NCBI RefSeq assembly: GCF_013149785.1
Contig: NZ_JABEZU010000004.1
Location: forward strand, 310,001-374,000
Direction of reading: 5' to 3'
From: Isoptericola halotolerans
GTDB lineage: Bacteria > Actinomycetota > Actinomycetes > Actinomycetales > Cellulomonadaceae
Length of the DNA stretch: 64,000 nt
Shown here: one piece after another, positions 36,276-47,700 of the stretch
How positions within the stretch are numbered: the first letter of the stretch is position 1
How the letters are laid out: each line of letters starts with the position of its first letter
Position numbers and translations under genes: made by a program
Notes under the pieces: model-generated
What the model saw: the letters and a program-made list of their open reading frames with translations, nothing else
What the model was told of the DNA's origin: nothing
Databases searched by the model: none

Positions 36276-39200
36276 AGCGCACCCTCCTCGATCTGTCCCG
36301 CGCCGAGCCGTGACAGCTCGGCCGCGACGGCGTCCACCGTGGGCTGCTGCAGGAAGGCACGGACCGTGTAGTCCACGTCCCACCGCCGGCCGGCCGCCTG
36401 GACGAAGCGCAGCGCGGCGAGGCTGTTGCCCCCGGCGGTGAAGAAGTTCGTCCGGTCGCCGTCGACGACGACCCCCACCTCGGCCCACAGCCTGGCGACC
36501 TCGCCGGCCAGCCCGACGAGCTCGGCCGGCTCGGCCGGCACCGCGCCGGGGTCGCGTCCGGCGCTGTGCCCGGCGGCGTGCCCGGCGAAGGTGGCGGCGA
36601 GCTCCGCGGCGACGGCGGCACGATCCAGCTTGCCGTTGGCTGTCAGCGGCAGCTCGTCGACGGCGACCACCCGCGCGGGGACGGCGGACGGCGGCAGGTC
36701 CTCGCGCAGCAGGTCGCGCAGCGCGGTCTCGTCGACCTGCGCCTCCGCTCCGGTGGTCACCATCGCCAGCAGCCGCGACCGGTCGTCGGCCAGGACGGCG
36801 ACCCCTCTCTCGACTCCCGGGAGACGTTCCAGCGCCGCCTCGACCTCGCCGAGCTCGACCCGGTGCCCGCCCACCTTGACCTGGGCGTCGCACCGCCCGC
36901 AGAACTCCAGGGTGCCGTCCGGCCAGTAGCGGCCCAGGTCACCGGTCCGGTACCAGCGGCGTCCGGCGTCGACGACGAACTTCTCCGCCGTGAGCCCGGG
37001 GTCCCCGCAGTAGCCGCGGGCCAGGCCCGCGCCGCCGATCCACAGCTCGCCGACGACGCGGTCGGGCCGGTCGCGACGCAGGTCGTCGACGACCCGGAAC
37101 TCCTGGTTGGACAGCGGGCGCCCGTACGGCACCGACGGCCAGTGCGGCTCGGCCCGGTCGAACGGCTGAGCGTTCGACCAGATGGCCGCCTCGGTGGCGC
37201 CGCCGAGGGCCAGCAGCCGGGCCTGCGGAGCCTGTGCCGCCGACCGCTCGGCCAGGTCCAGGCCCACCCAGTCGCCGGAGAGCAGCACCTGACGCAACGA
37301 GGCGAGCGAAGCGGACCCGTCGTGCCGCTCCGCCACGCCGAGCAGCAGGTCGTACAGCAGGGGGACGCTGTTCCACCACGTCACCCCGTGGAGGCTCACG
37401 AGCTCGGCCCAGCGCTCCGCGTCGCGCCGGTCGGCCTCGCTCGGCAGCACCAGCTCCGCGCCGACGGCAAGAGTGCCGAAGACGTCGAACACCGACAGGT
37501 CGAAGTCCAGCGCCGCCGAGCCGAGCACCACGTCGTCCGCGGTGAGGCCGCAGCGCTCGACCAGGTCGTCGACGGTGTTCGCCGCCGCGGCGTGCGTGAT
37601 CTCCACCCCCTTCGGCTCCCCGGTCGAGCCGGAGGTGAAGATGACGTAGGCGACCTCGTGCGGGTCCCCGGCGTGGGGAGCGCCGAGCGGCTCCGCCCCC
37701 GTGAGGTCCTCGAGACCCTCGACCGTGTGCACGAGCCGGGCCGACGCCGCGATGCGGCCGACCCGCGCGGGCGGCTGGTCGACGCCGACCGGGACGTACG
37801 CCCCGCCGGCGGCCAGCACGGCGAGCGCCGCCAGCACCTGGTCGGGGCCCTTCGGCATCCGCACCCCGACGCGGTCACCCGGTCGGACCCCCCGGTCCCG
37901 CAGCGCCCCGGCGAGCTCGAGCACCCGCGGGCGCAGGTCGCGGTGGCTGACCGTGGTCCCGTCGGCCCCGCGCAGCGCGACCCCGTCGCGCCCGGTCGAG
38001 GCGTCCAGCACGGCCCCGTGCAGCGTGCGGGGCTCGCGCACCACGGCGGTGTCGTTGACCTCGTCACGCACGGCTCGCTGCCCGATCGGCAGCGTGTCCA
38101 GCACCCGGGCGACCCGCTCGACGACGGAGTCGTCGTCCTGGGTGCAGGCCGTGATCGCGTCGCGGTACAGCGAGAACATCGCGTCGACGACGCCGTCGGC
38201 GAAGAGCCCGACGACGGAGTCCCACGTGACGAGCAGACCGCCCTCGGACTCGGTCACCTGGTTGTCGAGGGTCACCTGCGGCGACTGGGAGATGCCGTGG
38301 ACACGGCGCCCGAAGGACGGCGACATGTCCATGCCGACCCCCGGGCCCCCGACGCCGAGGCCGCTGGTGAACACCACCGGGACCGACTCGAGGCGGCCGT
38401 TGAGGCGGGTGAGCTCGCGCAGCAGCCACGAGGACTCCACCTCGCGGTGGTCCAGGTCCTCGGCGAGCCTGGCCTGCAGGGCGGTGGCCGCCTGCTGCCA
38501 GTCGGCGCCGTCGCCCGGTCGGTAGTCCGCGAGGGACACGGTGGTGAAGTCGCCGAGGACGCGGTAGATGTCGGGGTGCACCTCGCGCCGGTTGAACATG
38601 GTCAGCGTCACCGTCAGGTCAGCGCGGTCGCTCCACCGGCCGAGGACGTGCGCGTACAGCGCGAGCAGCACCGTCGACGGGGTCAGCCGCAGCCGGCGGG
38701 CGAGCTGTTGCAGGCGTCCCCAGTCCTGCGGGTCGAGGCGGTGCTGGCGGCGCTCGAACCGCGGTGCCGCCTCGTCCACGGTGCGGCTCAGCGGGAGGGT
38801 CGGCCCGGGCGGCAGCTCGGCGAGCCGCCGGCGCCAGTACTGCTGGTCGGCGTCGACGGCCGCCGGGTCGGGGCGGTGCTGCAGCACGTAGTCGCGGAAG
38901 GACAGCTCGATCGGGGCGAGCTCGGCGCCCGGGTCCCCGACGAGCAGGTCGAGCTCGGTGAAGAGCGTCATGATCGACAGGGCGTCGAACACGATGTAGT
39001 CGAGCCCGACCGCCAGGCGCTCCCCGTCCGGGTGACGGACGAGCTCGAGGTGCCACAGCGGCGGCCGGGACAGGTCGAGCATCTGGTGGGACCACTCGTC
39101 GCGCAGTCGTCCGAGCTCGGTCGCGGACCCCACCTCGCGGACGGGCAGCTCCCACTGCTCCCCACCGGGCAGCTCCGGGTGGATGGTCAGCATCCCGTCG

Positions 39201-42200
39201 GCGGCGACGCTCGTGCGCAGCATCTCGTGGCGCGCCACGAGCCGGCGCCAGGCGCCCTCGAGGGCGGCGACGTCGAACCCGCCGGGTGGGGGGTCGAACT
39301 CGGCGTACTGCCAGGTGCCGACCCCGCCCAGCGGCAGCGCCGGGTCCCGGCCGAGCAGGTAGGCCTGCTGGACGTCCGTGCCGGGGAAGGGCAGGTGCCG
39401 CTCCTCGGGTCGCGGCTCGACCGGCCGGACGACGCCGGACGCGACACCCCGCCCCGTGACGTGCCCGTCGCCTCCGGGGCCTTCGCCGGGCTCGACCGGC
39501 CAGGTCAGGGACGCCGCGTACTCCGCCAGGCTGGTGGCGCGCAGCAGCGCGGAGACGCGGGCGCCCTGCGCCCCCCGGCGGCGCAGCGCGGCCGTCGCGC
39601 GCGTGGCGAGCAGGGAGTCGCCTCCCAGGGAGAAGAAGTCGTCCCCGCAGCCGATCGGCCGCGGCGGGTCGAGCAGCTCGGCCCACACCTCGGCGACCTG
39701 CCGCTCCGAGGCGGTGCCGGGGGGCCTCCCGGCCGTCCCGCCGCCGCCCTGGTCGCCGTCGAGCGCCGCGTCGACCAGGGTCTCGACCGCGGAGCCGAGG
39801 ACCTTGCCGTTGGCCGACAGGGGCAGCTCGGGGACGACGACCACGGGGTCGCAGACCATGTACCCCGGGACGGCCTCGGCCAACCCGGCGCGCAGATCCT
39901 GCGCGGACGGCCGCGGCTCGCGGGCGGCGACCACCGCCGCGAGGCGGGTCGCCCCCCGCCGGTGCACGGCCCGCACGGCGGCGTCAGTGACACCGGGCAT
40001 CGCACGCAGGGCGGACTCGATCTCCCCGGGCTCGATGCGGTGGCCGAGCAGCTGCAGCTGCGCGTCGCGGCGGCCGTGGAACAGCAGCGTCCCGTCGTCG
40101 CGGTACGAGGCGAGGTCGCCGGTGCGGTACCAGCGCTCGCCGTCGACAGTCACGAACTTCTCCGCGGTGGCCTCCGGGCGCCCGCGGTACCCCTCGGCGA
40201 GCCCGGCACCGCCCATCCACAGCTCGCCGACCACCTCGTCGCGGCAGTCCTCGCCGCGGTCGTCGACCACCCGGCACCGGACGTTGTCCAGCGGCACGCC
40301 CCAGGGGACGCCGTCGGGCAGCGCGCCGGCGGGGGAGCCGATCTCCGCGACGGTCGAGTGGATCGCCGCCTCTGTCATCCCGCCGAGCGCCAGGAAGCGC
40401 CCGCGGGGCGCGACGGTGTGGAAGCGGTCGGCCAGGTCGGTGGGGACGAGGTCCCCGCCGAGCAGCGCGGCGCGCAGCGTCACGTCGGAGGTGTCCGACG
40501 GCGCGGCGGCCAGCAGCAGCCCGAGCAGCGCGGGCACGCTGTTCCACACGGTGACGCGGTGCTGCCCGATCAGCCGCCACCACGCCTCCGGGTCCCGGCG
40601 CTCGTCCTCGCCGACCAGCACGGCGGTGCCGCCCACGGCGAGGGGGGCGAACAGGTCGTAGACGCTGAGGTCGAACTCCAGCGCGGACAGCGCGAGCGTC
40701 GCGTCGTCCGGTCCGAGCCCGAGGTGCCGGTTGAGCGCCGCGATCGTGTTCATGGCGGCCGCGTGGCTGACCTCGACGCCCTTGGGCTCGCCGGTCGAGC
40801 CGGAGGTGAACAGGACGTAGGCCGGGCGGCTCCCCTCCGTGGCCGGGTCGCTGCGCGGCCCGCCGTCCGACCCGCCGTCCGACCCGTCCTGGGGGGCGGA
40901 CGCGACGGCGTCGTCGTAGGTGGTGGCGTCGATCGTCGCGACGACGTCCCCGACGCGCCGCATCGTGGCCGCGCGCGCCGCCGGCTGGTCGACGCTGATC
41001 GGCAGGTACGTCGCGCCCGCCCGCAGCACGCCGAGCACGGCCACCGCCTGCGCGCGACCCTTCGGCAGCGTGACGGCGACGGTGCGCCCCGCGCCGACGG
41101 ACCGCGCGCGCAACCACGCGGCCACCCCGGCGCTGGCCGCCGCCAGCTCGGCGTAGGTCATCGTGCCGTGCGCGTCGGCCACGGCCACCCGGTCCCGCCA
41201 CGCGGGGTCCAGCTCGGCCACGGTCGTGTGCAGCAGCTGCGGGGGGTGGGCGACGGCGGTGTCGTTGACCCGGTCACGCACCTGCCGCGACGTCGCGGGC
41301 AGGCCGCCCGGCGCGGGCCGCTGCCACGCTCCGGGATCGGCCAGCAGGTCATCGATCAGGGAGCGGTAGAAGGCGAAGGCCGCGTCGGCGACACCGTCGC
41401 GCAGCACGTCGTCGCGGACGTCCCAGTTGACCAGGAGCCCGTCGCGGAACTCGGTGACCTGCGCGTCCAACCACACCTGAGGACCTTGGGAGATGATCCA
41501 GACGGGCTCGCCGAACGTCTCGCACACCGTCCGCTCGTAGAGCTCGCCCAGGCCGATCGCGCTGGTGTAGACCACGGGCGCCAGCACCGGCGCCCCGTCC
41601 TGCCGTGCCTTGTCCCGCAGGACCTCGACCCCCGGGTGGCTGCCGTGCGACACGGCCTGCGCGAGCCCGTCCGCGACCGCGCGGGTCCGGTCCGCCATCG
41701 TGGCGGGACGGCGCAGGTCGACCTCCAGGAGGACCGACGACGAGAAGTCGCCCACGAGCGCGCCGACGTCCGGGTGGATCTCGTCGCGGCCGAAGAGCGG
41801 CAGGTTGAGCACGAAGTGCCCGCTGCTGCTCCAGGCGCCCACCGTCTCCGCGAAGACGGTGGCCAGCACGGCCGCCGGGGTGACGCCGTGCTCGGCGGCC
41901 CGCCGCCCGAGCGTCTCGACCTGCTCCGGGCCGAGCCGGTGGTGCAGGCGACGGCTGCGCGCCGGGCGGTCGCCGGCCGCGGCAGCCACGGGGAGCTGCG
42001 GCCCGCCGGGCAGCGTGCCGAGGCGGCCACGCCAGTACTCCGCGTCGGCGCGGCGGTCGTCCGTGCGGTCGCGGTGCTCGGTGGCCAGGTAGTCGGCGAA
42101 CCCCAGGCCGGGCTCCGGCCGGGCGGCCACCTGCTCGGGCTCGGCGTACGCCGCGCGCAGGTCCGCCAGCAGGATGCGCATGCTCAGGGCGTCGGCGGCG

Positions 42201-42928
42201 ACCATGTCGAGGTCCAGGTGCAGCCGGGTCCGTCCGCCCGGCAGGAGGCTGAGCGCCACCATCAGCACCTGCCCGGCCGCGATGTCGAGGTGCTGGTGGG
42301 TGTAGCGGTCGCGCAGCTCGTCGAGCCGCGCGGCGACCGCCGCGTCGCCGAGTGAGCGCAGGTCGTGGACCTCGACGTCGCCGTTCGGGCTCGCCGCCGG
42401 CTCCCCGCCGACGGGCGTGGTGACGGCCAGCCCGTCGTCGCCGAACCGGGTGCGCAGCATGCCGTGGCGGGTGACGAGCACCGCGAGCGCCCGGCGCAGC
42501 CGGGCGGGGTCGACGTCGCGCCCGTCGAGCTCGACGTAGTAGTGCGCGGCGACGCCTCCCCAGGGCTGGTCCGGGTCGCGGCCGATCCAGTACGCGTGCT
42601 GCATGGTCGCCAACGGGTAGGGCTCGCCGTCGGGCACGCGCAGGACGTCGGTCCCGGGCGCGGCAGGGGCTGTCTCCTGCGGGGGCGTGACGATCCGGGA
42701 CCACTCGCGCAGCGTGGGGGTGGCAGCCAGCTCGTCGAACCGGGCGCGGACGCCTTGGCGGCGCCAGCCGCCGATCAGCCGGATCAGGGCGAGGGAGTCG
42801 AGCCCGTGCGCGAAGAGGTTGTCGTCGTCGCCGGGAGTGCCGCCGGTGTCGGGGAGGGCGGCGGTGACGGTCTCGCGCAGCCACCGCGGCACGGCGGGCT
42901 GGTCGGTGAGGGTGGCGGGCTCGGTCAT
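36272..42928 (-). CDS. NRPS: ArCP-Cy-A-PCP-Cy-A-PCP
   Basis: GLDSL; Cy motifs DMVAAD and DYIVFD; two FTSGSTGEPKG A domains; carriers GGDSL and GGNSL; ends in IEEGAL. Confidence 0.95.
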   Translation of the reverse strand: MTEPATLTDQPAVPRWLRETVTAALPDTGGTPGDDDNLFAHGLDSLALIRLIGGWRRQGVRARFDELAATPTLREWSRIVTPPQETAPAAPGTDVLRVPDGEPYPLATMQHAYWIGRDPDQPWGGVAAHYYVELDGRDVDPARLRRALAVLVTRHGMLRTRFGDDGLAVTTPVGGEPAASPNGDVEVHDLRSLGDAAVAARLDELRDRYTHQHLDIAAGQVLMVALSLLPGGRTRLHLDLDMVAADALSMRILLADLRAAYAEPEQVAARPEPGLGFADYLATEHRDRTDDRRADAEYWRGRLGTLPGGPQLPVAAAAGDRPARSRRLHHRLGPEQVETLGRRAAEHGVTPAAVLATVFAETVGAWSSSGHFVLNLPLFGRDEIHPDVGALVGDFSSSVLLEVDLRRPATMADRTRAVADGLAQAVSHGSHPGVEVLRDKARQDGAPVLAPVVYTSAIGLGELYERTVCETFGEPVWIISQGPQVWLDAQVTEFRDGLLVNWDVRDDVLRDGVADAAFAFYRSLIDDLLADPGAWQRPAPGGLPATSRQVRDRVNDTAVAHPPQLLHTTVAELDPAWRDRVAVADAHGTMTYAELAAASAGVAAWLRARSVGAGRTVAVTLPKGRAQAVAVLGVLRAGATYLPISVDQPAARAATMRRVGDVVATIDATTYDDAVASAPQDGSDGGSDGGPRSDPATEGSRPAYVLFTSGSTGEPKGVEVSHAAAMNTIAALNRHLGLGPDDATLALSALEFDLSVYDLFAPLAVGGTAVLVGEDERRDPEAWWRLIGQHRVTVWNSVPALLGLLLAAAPSDTSDVTLRAALLGGDLVPTDLADRFHTVAPRGRFLALGGMTEAAIHSTVAEIGSPAGALPDGVPWGVPLDNVRCRVVDDRGEDCRDEVVGELWMGGAGLAEGYRGRPEATAEKFVTVDGERWYRTGDLASYRDDGTLLFHGRRDAQLQLLGHRIEPGEIESALRAMPGVTDAAVRAVHRRGATRLAAVVAAREPRPSAQDLRAGLAEAVPGYMVCDPVVVVPELPLSANGKVLGSAVETLVDAALDGDQGGGGTAGRPPGTASERQVAEVWAELLDPPRPIGCGDDFFSLGGDSLLATRATAALRRRGAQGARVSALLRATSLAEYAASLTWPVEPGEGPGGDGHVTGRGVASGVVRPVEPRPEERHLPFPGTDVQQAYLLGRDPALPLGGVGTWQYAEFDPPPGGFDVAALEGAWRRLVARHEMLRTSVAADGMLTIHPELPGGEQWELPVREVGSATELGRLRDEWSHQMLDLSRPPLWHLELVRHPDGERLAVGLDYIVFDALSIMTLFTELDLLVGDPGAELAPIELSFRDYVLQHRPDPAAVDADQQYWRRRLAELPPGPTLPLSRTVDEAAPRFERRQHRLDPQDWGRLQQLARRLRLTPSTVLLALYAHVLGRWSDRADLTVTLTMFNRREVHPDIYRVLGDFTTVSLADYRPGDGADWQQAATALQARLAEDLDHREVESSWLLRELTRLNGRLESVPVVFTSGLGVGGPGVGMDMSPSFGRRVHGISQSPQVTLDNQVTESEGGLLVTWDSVVGLFADGVVDAMFSLYRDAITACTQDDDSVVERVARVLDTLPIGQRAVRDEVNDTAVVREPRTLHGAVLDASTGRDGVALRGADGTTVSHRDLRPRVLELAGALRDRGVRPGDRVGVRMPKGPDQVLAALAVLAAGGAYVPVGVDQPPARVGRIAASARLVHTVEGLEDLTGAEPLGAPHAGDPHEVAYVIFTSGSTGEPKGVEITHAAAANTVDDLVERCGLTADDVVLGSAALDFDLSVFDVFGTLAVGAELVLPSEADRRDAERWAELVSLHGVTWWNSVPLLYDLLLGVAERHDGSASLASLRQVLLSGDWVGLDLAERSAAQAPQARLLALGGATEAAIWSNAQPFDRAEPHWPSVPYGRPLSNQEFRVVDDLRRDRPDRVVGELWIGGAGLARGYCGDPGLTAEKFVVDAGRRWYRTGDLGRYWPDGTLEFCGRCDAQVKVGGHRVELGEVEAALERLPGVERGVAVLADDRSRLLAMVTTGAEAQVDETALRDLLREDLPPSAVPARVVAVDELPLTANGKLDRAAVAAELAATFAGHAAGHSAGRDPGAVPAEPAELVGLAGEVARLWAEVGVVVDGDRTNFFTAGGNSLAALRFVQAAGRRWDVDYTVRAFLQQPTVDAVAAELSRLGAGQIEEGAL

Positions 42929-42983
42929 CGCAGCAGGGCTCCCGGTCGGTCGCGGTCGAGGGTGGGGTGCGCGGCGAGCCGGG

Positions 42984-44612
42984 TCACGGCCGGACGGCCT
43001 CGCGCAGGGCGGCCTTGTCGATCTTCGCGACGGCGGTCAGCGGGACGTCGTCGACGATGGTGAAGCTCTCGGGGATCTTGTAGGCGGCCAGGCCGCGCTC
43101 GCGCAGGTGCACGCTCAGGGCCGCCGCGTCGGGGGCGGGGCCGCCCGGCCGGGGGCGCACGGCCGCGGCCACCCGCTCGCCGTACAGCGGGTCCGGCACG
43201 CCGAAGACGGCCGCGATCTCGACCAGCGGGTGGGTCACGAGGTGACTCTCGACCTCGGCGGGGGCGACCTTCTCGCCGCCCCGGTTGATCTGTTCCTTGA
43301 CCCGTCCGACGACGACGAGGTGGCCGGAGTCGAGCCGGCGCACGAGGTCGCCGGTGCGGTAGAAGCCGTCGGGGGTGAACGCGACGGCGTCGTGCTCGGC
43401 GGCCCGCCAGTACCCCCGCAGCGTGTACGGCCCGCGGGTGAGCAGCTCGCCCGGCTCACCGGGGGCCACGTCCCGGCCCTCGCCGTCGACGACGCGCACC
43501 TCGTCACCGGGCGACATCGGCACGCCCTGCGTGGTGGTGACGAGCTCGTCCGGGTCGTCCAGGCCCGTGTAGCAGATGAGCCCCTCGGCCATGCCGTAGA
43601 CCTGCTGGAGCGTGGCGCCGAACGCCGGGCCGACCCTCGCCGCGACGTCGTCGGGCAGGCGTGCGGAGCCGACGTCGACGACCTGCACGCTCGAGGTGTC
43701 CCGGCCGCCGAAGCCGATCTCCTCGACGTACAGGCCCGCCAGGGGCGGGTTGAGCGTCAGGGACGTGACCCGCTCCGCCTCGACGAGGTCGAGCACGGTG
43801 TCCGGGCTGGGGTCTCGCGCCAGCACGACCGTGCCGCCCGCGCTCAGGGTCCCGAGCGCGCCGGGGCAGCACCAGGAATAGTTGAAGGCGACGGGCAGCG
43901 CAGCCAGGAACACCGTGTCTGGGCCCATCCCGCACCGTTCGGCGCTGAGCCGTGCGTTGTAGAGGTAGTCGTCGTGGGTGCGGGGGATGAGCTTGGGCAG
44001 CCCGGTGGTCCCGCCGGACAGCAGGAGCAGGGCGAGGTCGCGGCTGGAGACGGCGAGGTCGGGGACGGCAGGGTCGGCCGCGGCGAGCAGCCGGTCGTAG
44101 GCGACGGCGTCGCGATCGCCGACCTCACCCACGATGACGACCAGCGGCGCCTCCCGGCCGGCCCGGACGCGCGCGGCGGCGAGGTGGTCCGCCAGGGTGC
44201 GGTGGTCGAAGCCCTGGTGGACGTCGGTGGTGACGTAGGCGCGGGCGTCGGCGAGGTCCGTCAGGTGCTCGAGCTCCGCGGACCGGTGGGCGGGCATCGC
44301 ATGGACGGGGACGGCCCCGAGGTGCTGCAGCGCGAACCAGGTCGTGAGGAACTCGGCCACGTTCGGCAGCTGGACGACGACCCGGTCGCCCCGCCGGACG
44401 CCGTGGTCGGCGAGCCCGCCGGCGACGGCGCGCGACTCGGCGACGAGGTCGGCGTAGGTGAGCCGGCGGCGGTGGTCGACGACGGCGACGTGCTCGGGGC
44501 GACGTGCCGCCCAGCGTCCCAGCGCGGCCGAGAAGGTCTCCCCGGCCCACCACCCGGCCTGGTGGTAACGCTCGGCGTCCTCGGCGGGCCAGCCCGGCCA
44601 GTCCTTGCTCAC
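42984..44612 (-). CDS. Standalone aryl-acid:AMP ligase (DhbE/PchD/SnbA family)
   Basis: LSGGTTGLPKLIPRTHDDY, QQVYGMAEGL, RGPYTLRGY and QINRGGEK; RBS GGAGGAGAGG. Confidence 0.93.
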   Translation of the reverse strand: MSKDWPGWPAEDAERYHQAGWWAGETFSAALGRWAARRPEHVAVVDHRRRLTYADLVAESRAVAGGLADHGVRRGDRVVVQLPNVAEFLTTWFALQHLGAVPVHAMPAHRSAELEHLTDLADARAYVTTDVHQGFDHRTLADHLAAARVRAGREAPLVVIVGEVGDRDAVAYDRLLAAADPAVPDLAVSSRDLALLLLSGGTTGLPKLIPRTHDDYLYNARLSAERCGMGPDTVFLAALPVAFNYSWCCPGALGTLSAGGTVVLARDPSPDTVLDLVEAERVTSLTLNPPLAGLYVEEIGFGGRDTSSVQVVDVGSARLPDDVAARVGPAFGATLQQVYGMAEGLICYTGLDDPDELVTTTQGVPMSPGDEVRVVDGEGRDVAPGEPGELLTRGPYTLRGYWRAAEHDAVAFTPDGFYRTGDLVRRLDSGHLVVVGRVKEQINRGGEKVAPAEVESHLVTHPLVEIAAVFGVPDPLYGERVAAAVRPRPGGPAPDAAALSVHLRERGLAAYKIPESFTIVDDVPLTAVAKIDKAALREAVRP

Positions 44613-44679
44613 GACGGTCCTCTCCTCCCGGTGACAGGTGCGGCGCACCGTGGGGGCCGCATCCCCGGGGCAGCCTAGT

Positions 44680-44706
44680 CGATAATGATTACGAGAATGA
44701 TTTTCA
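44680..44706. promoter_or_regulatory. Zur-type box(es) in the divergent NRPS promoter region
   Basis: CGAGAATGATTTTCA (44692-44706) and an overlapping CGATAATGATTACGA, lying between the -10-like TAGGCT (- strand, 44672-44677) and TAGAGT (+ strand, 44709-44714). Confidence 0.75.
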
Positions 44707-44738
44707 GTTAGAGTCACCACCACCACGACGACGGGAGT

Positions 44739-47700
44739 GTGAGCATCGTGTCGATCGCCGCAGCGATCACCGACCTGGCACAGGACGGTGTCGGCCTCTG
44801 GGCCGACGGGGAACAGCTTCGATTCCGGGCCCCGGCAGGCTCGCTCGACGCGGGTCGCAAGGCCTGGTTGACCGAGAACAAGGCGGAGGTGCTCGCCCAC
44901 CTGCGCCACGTCGGCGCCACCCGCGAGACCCCGACGACGGCGCTCGCGAGCGCCGACCGCCCCGGCCCGGCCCTCGTCCCCGCCCCCGAGGACCGGCACC
45001 GACCCTTCCCCCTCACCGAGCTCCAGGCGGCCTACCTGCTCGGGCGCGGATCGGCGTTCGAGTACGGCGGCGTCGCCTGCCACGCCTACCTCGAGCTGCG
45101 GTACGACCGGCCCGAGCAGCGCGCCCGGCTGACCGACGGACGCCTCGACGTCGCATGGCGGGCCGTGGTGTCGGCGCACGACATGCTGCGCGCCGTCATC
45201 CACACCGACGGGTTCCAGAGCGTCCTGCCCGAGGTCACGGCGCCGGCGGTGCCCGTGCACCGGGGCGAGCTCGCCGACGAGGTCCGCGAGCGCCTCGAGC
45301 AGCGCGTCCCGCAGCCGGACCGCTGGCCGCTGATCGCCGTCGAGGTCACCGACCACGACGACCACACGCTCCTGCACCTGTCCGTCGACCTCGTCGTGCT
45401 CGACCACGCGAGCCTGCACCTGCTGGTCACCGAGCTCGAGGCGCGCCTCTTCGACGACGCCGCTCCCGAGCCGCCAGGATGCACGTTCCGCGACTACGTC
45501 GTCGCCCGGCGCGGCGAGCTGGACGGTCCGCAGCACGAGCGCGACCGGGCCTACTGGCAGGAGCGGCTCGCCACGCTGCCGCCCGCCCCCGAGCTGCCGC
45601 GCGCCGAGTGGGCCACCACGCCGCCGCCGGCCGGCCGGCCGTTCCGCCGCCACGCCACCCTCCTGGACCCCGTCCGCACGGCCACCCTGACCGAGCGCGC
45701 GCGGGAGGCGGGCCTGAGCCTGTCGACGGTCCTGCTGACCTGCTACGCCGAGGTCGTCGGACGCTGGAGCCGGCGCCCCGGGTTCACCGTCGTCATCCCC
45801 ACGTTCACCCGGGAGATCGCCGGAGACACCCGGCCGCACCCCGACATCGACCGCGTGCTGGGCGACTTCACCGCCACCGAGCTGCTCGCGGTCGACACCG
45901 CCGGCCCCGCCACGCCCGTCGAGCGGGGCAGGAGGCTGCAGGCGCAGCTCCTGGAGGACCTCGCGCACCGCAGCTTCAGCGGCTCGCAGGTGCAGACCGA
46001 GCGCAGCCGCGACGACGGCAACCCCGAGCTGTTCCCCGTCGTCTTCACCTCGACCGTCGACCAGGACCTGCCGCCCACCGCGGGACGGGTCGCCCACGCC
46101 CGGACGCAGTCGCCGCAGGTCTGGCTCGACTGCCAGGTGATGCGCGACGGCGACGGCCTCGTGCTGTCCTGGGACGTGCGCGACGGCGTCCTGCCCGACG
46201 GCGTCACCGACGACATGTTCTCCGCCTGGGTCGACCTGGTCGACCGGCTCGTCGACGACCCTTCGACCTGGTCCGACCCGGACCCGGTCCGGCTCCCCGC
46301 CGCCGACCGGGCGCGACGCGAGGCCGCCAACGCCACCGACGCGCCGCTGCCGGACGGCCTGCTGCACGACGACGTGCTCACCGTGGCGCGCACCGCCCCG
46401 GACCGCACCGCCGTCGTCGGCGCCGACGGCTCGCTGACGTTCGGCGAGCTCGTGGGCCGCGCCCGCGGGGTCGCGCACGCACTCACCGCCGAGGGCGTCG
46501 CCCCGCAGGACCGGGTCGCGATCGTCATGGACAAGTGTCCCGAGCAGGTCGTGGCCGCGCTGGGCGTCCTGCTGGCCGGTGCGGTCTACGTGCCGGTCGA
46601 GACCACGTCCCCCGCCTCCCGGCGCGCCGCCATCGTCGCGGACGCCGGCGCGACCGCCGTGCTGACCGTCGCGGCGCTGCGCACCGCCGCGTCGCAGGGC
46701 GTGGACGTGCCCGTGGTCGCCGTCGACGAGGTACCGCCGCGCGACGACGCCCCGAGCACGAGCACCACGCCGGACGACCTCGCGTACGTCATCTACACCT
46801 CTGGCTCCACCGGGACGCCGAAGGGCGTCATGATCGCGCACCGCGCGGCCCGCAACACCTGCGTGGACGTCGACGAGAGGTTCGCCGTCGGTCCGCAGGA
46901 CGCCGTCCTGGGGCTGGCCGGCCTCGGGTTCGACCTGTCGGTGTGGGACGTCTTCGGCGTCCTGGGTGCCGGGGGGCGCCTCGTGCTGCCCGCGGCGGAC
47001 CGGCGCGGCGACGCCGCCCACTGGGCCGAGCTCGTCGAGCAGCACGGCGTGACCCTGTGGAACACGGTGCCCGGCCAGCTCCAGATGCTGTCCGACTACG
47101 CCCGTTCCTCCGGCGCCGCCCAGCTGCGCACGCTGCGCCTCGCGCTGCTGTCCGGCGACTGGATCCCGGTGACGCTGCCGGACCAGGTCCGTGAGCAGCT
47201 CCCCGGCCTGGAGGTCGTCAGCCTCGGTGGCGCCACGGAGGGCGCCATCTGGTCGATCTGGCACCCGGTCGGGGCCGTGGACCGCGAGCGCCCGAGCATC
47301 CCGTACGGCACCCCGCTGCGCAACCAGCGGTTCGCGGTGCGCGACCACCGCGGCCGGGACGCCCCCGCCTGGGTCCCCGGCGAGCTGGAGATCATCGGTG
47401 CGGGCGTCGCCGACGGCTACCTCGGCGACCCCGAGCGCACCGGCGAGCGGTTCGGCGTCGGAACCGACGGTCTGCGCACCTACCGCACCGGCGACGTCGG
47501 CCGGTGGGTGGGGGACGGCACCCTGGAGTTCCTGGGCCGCGAGGACTCCCAGGTCAAGATCCGCGGCTACCGGATCGAGCTGGCCGAGGTCGAGGCCGCG
47601 GTGCTGGACCACCCCGGCGTCGGGCAGGCCGCCGTCGTCGTGGACGACGAGCGCCGCCACCTGGTCGCCGCCGTCGAACCGGCCGCCCGCCCCGTGCCGG

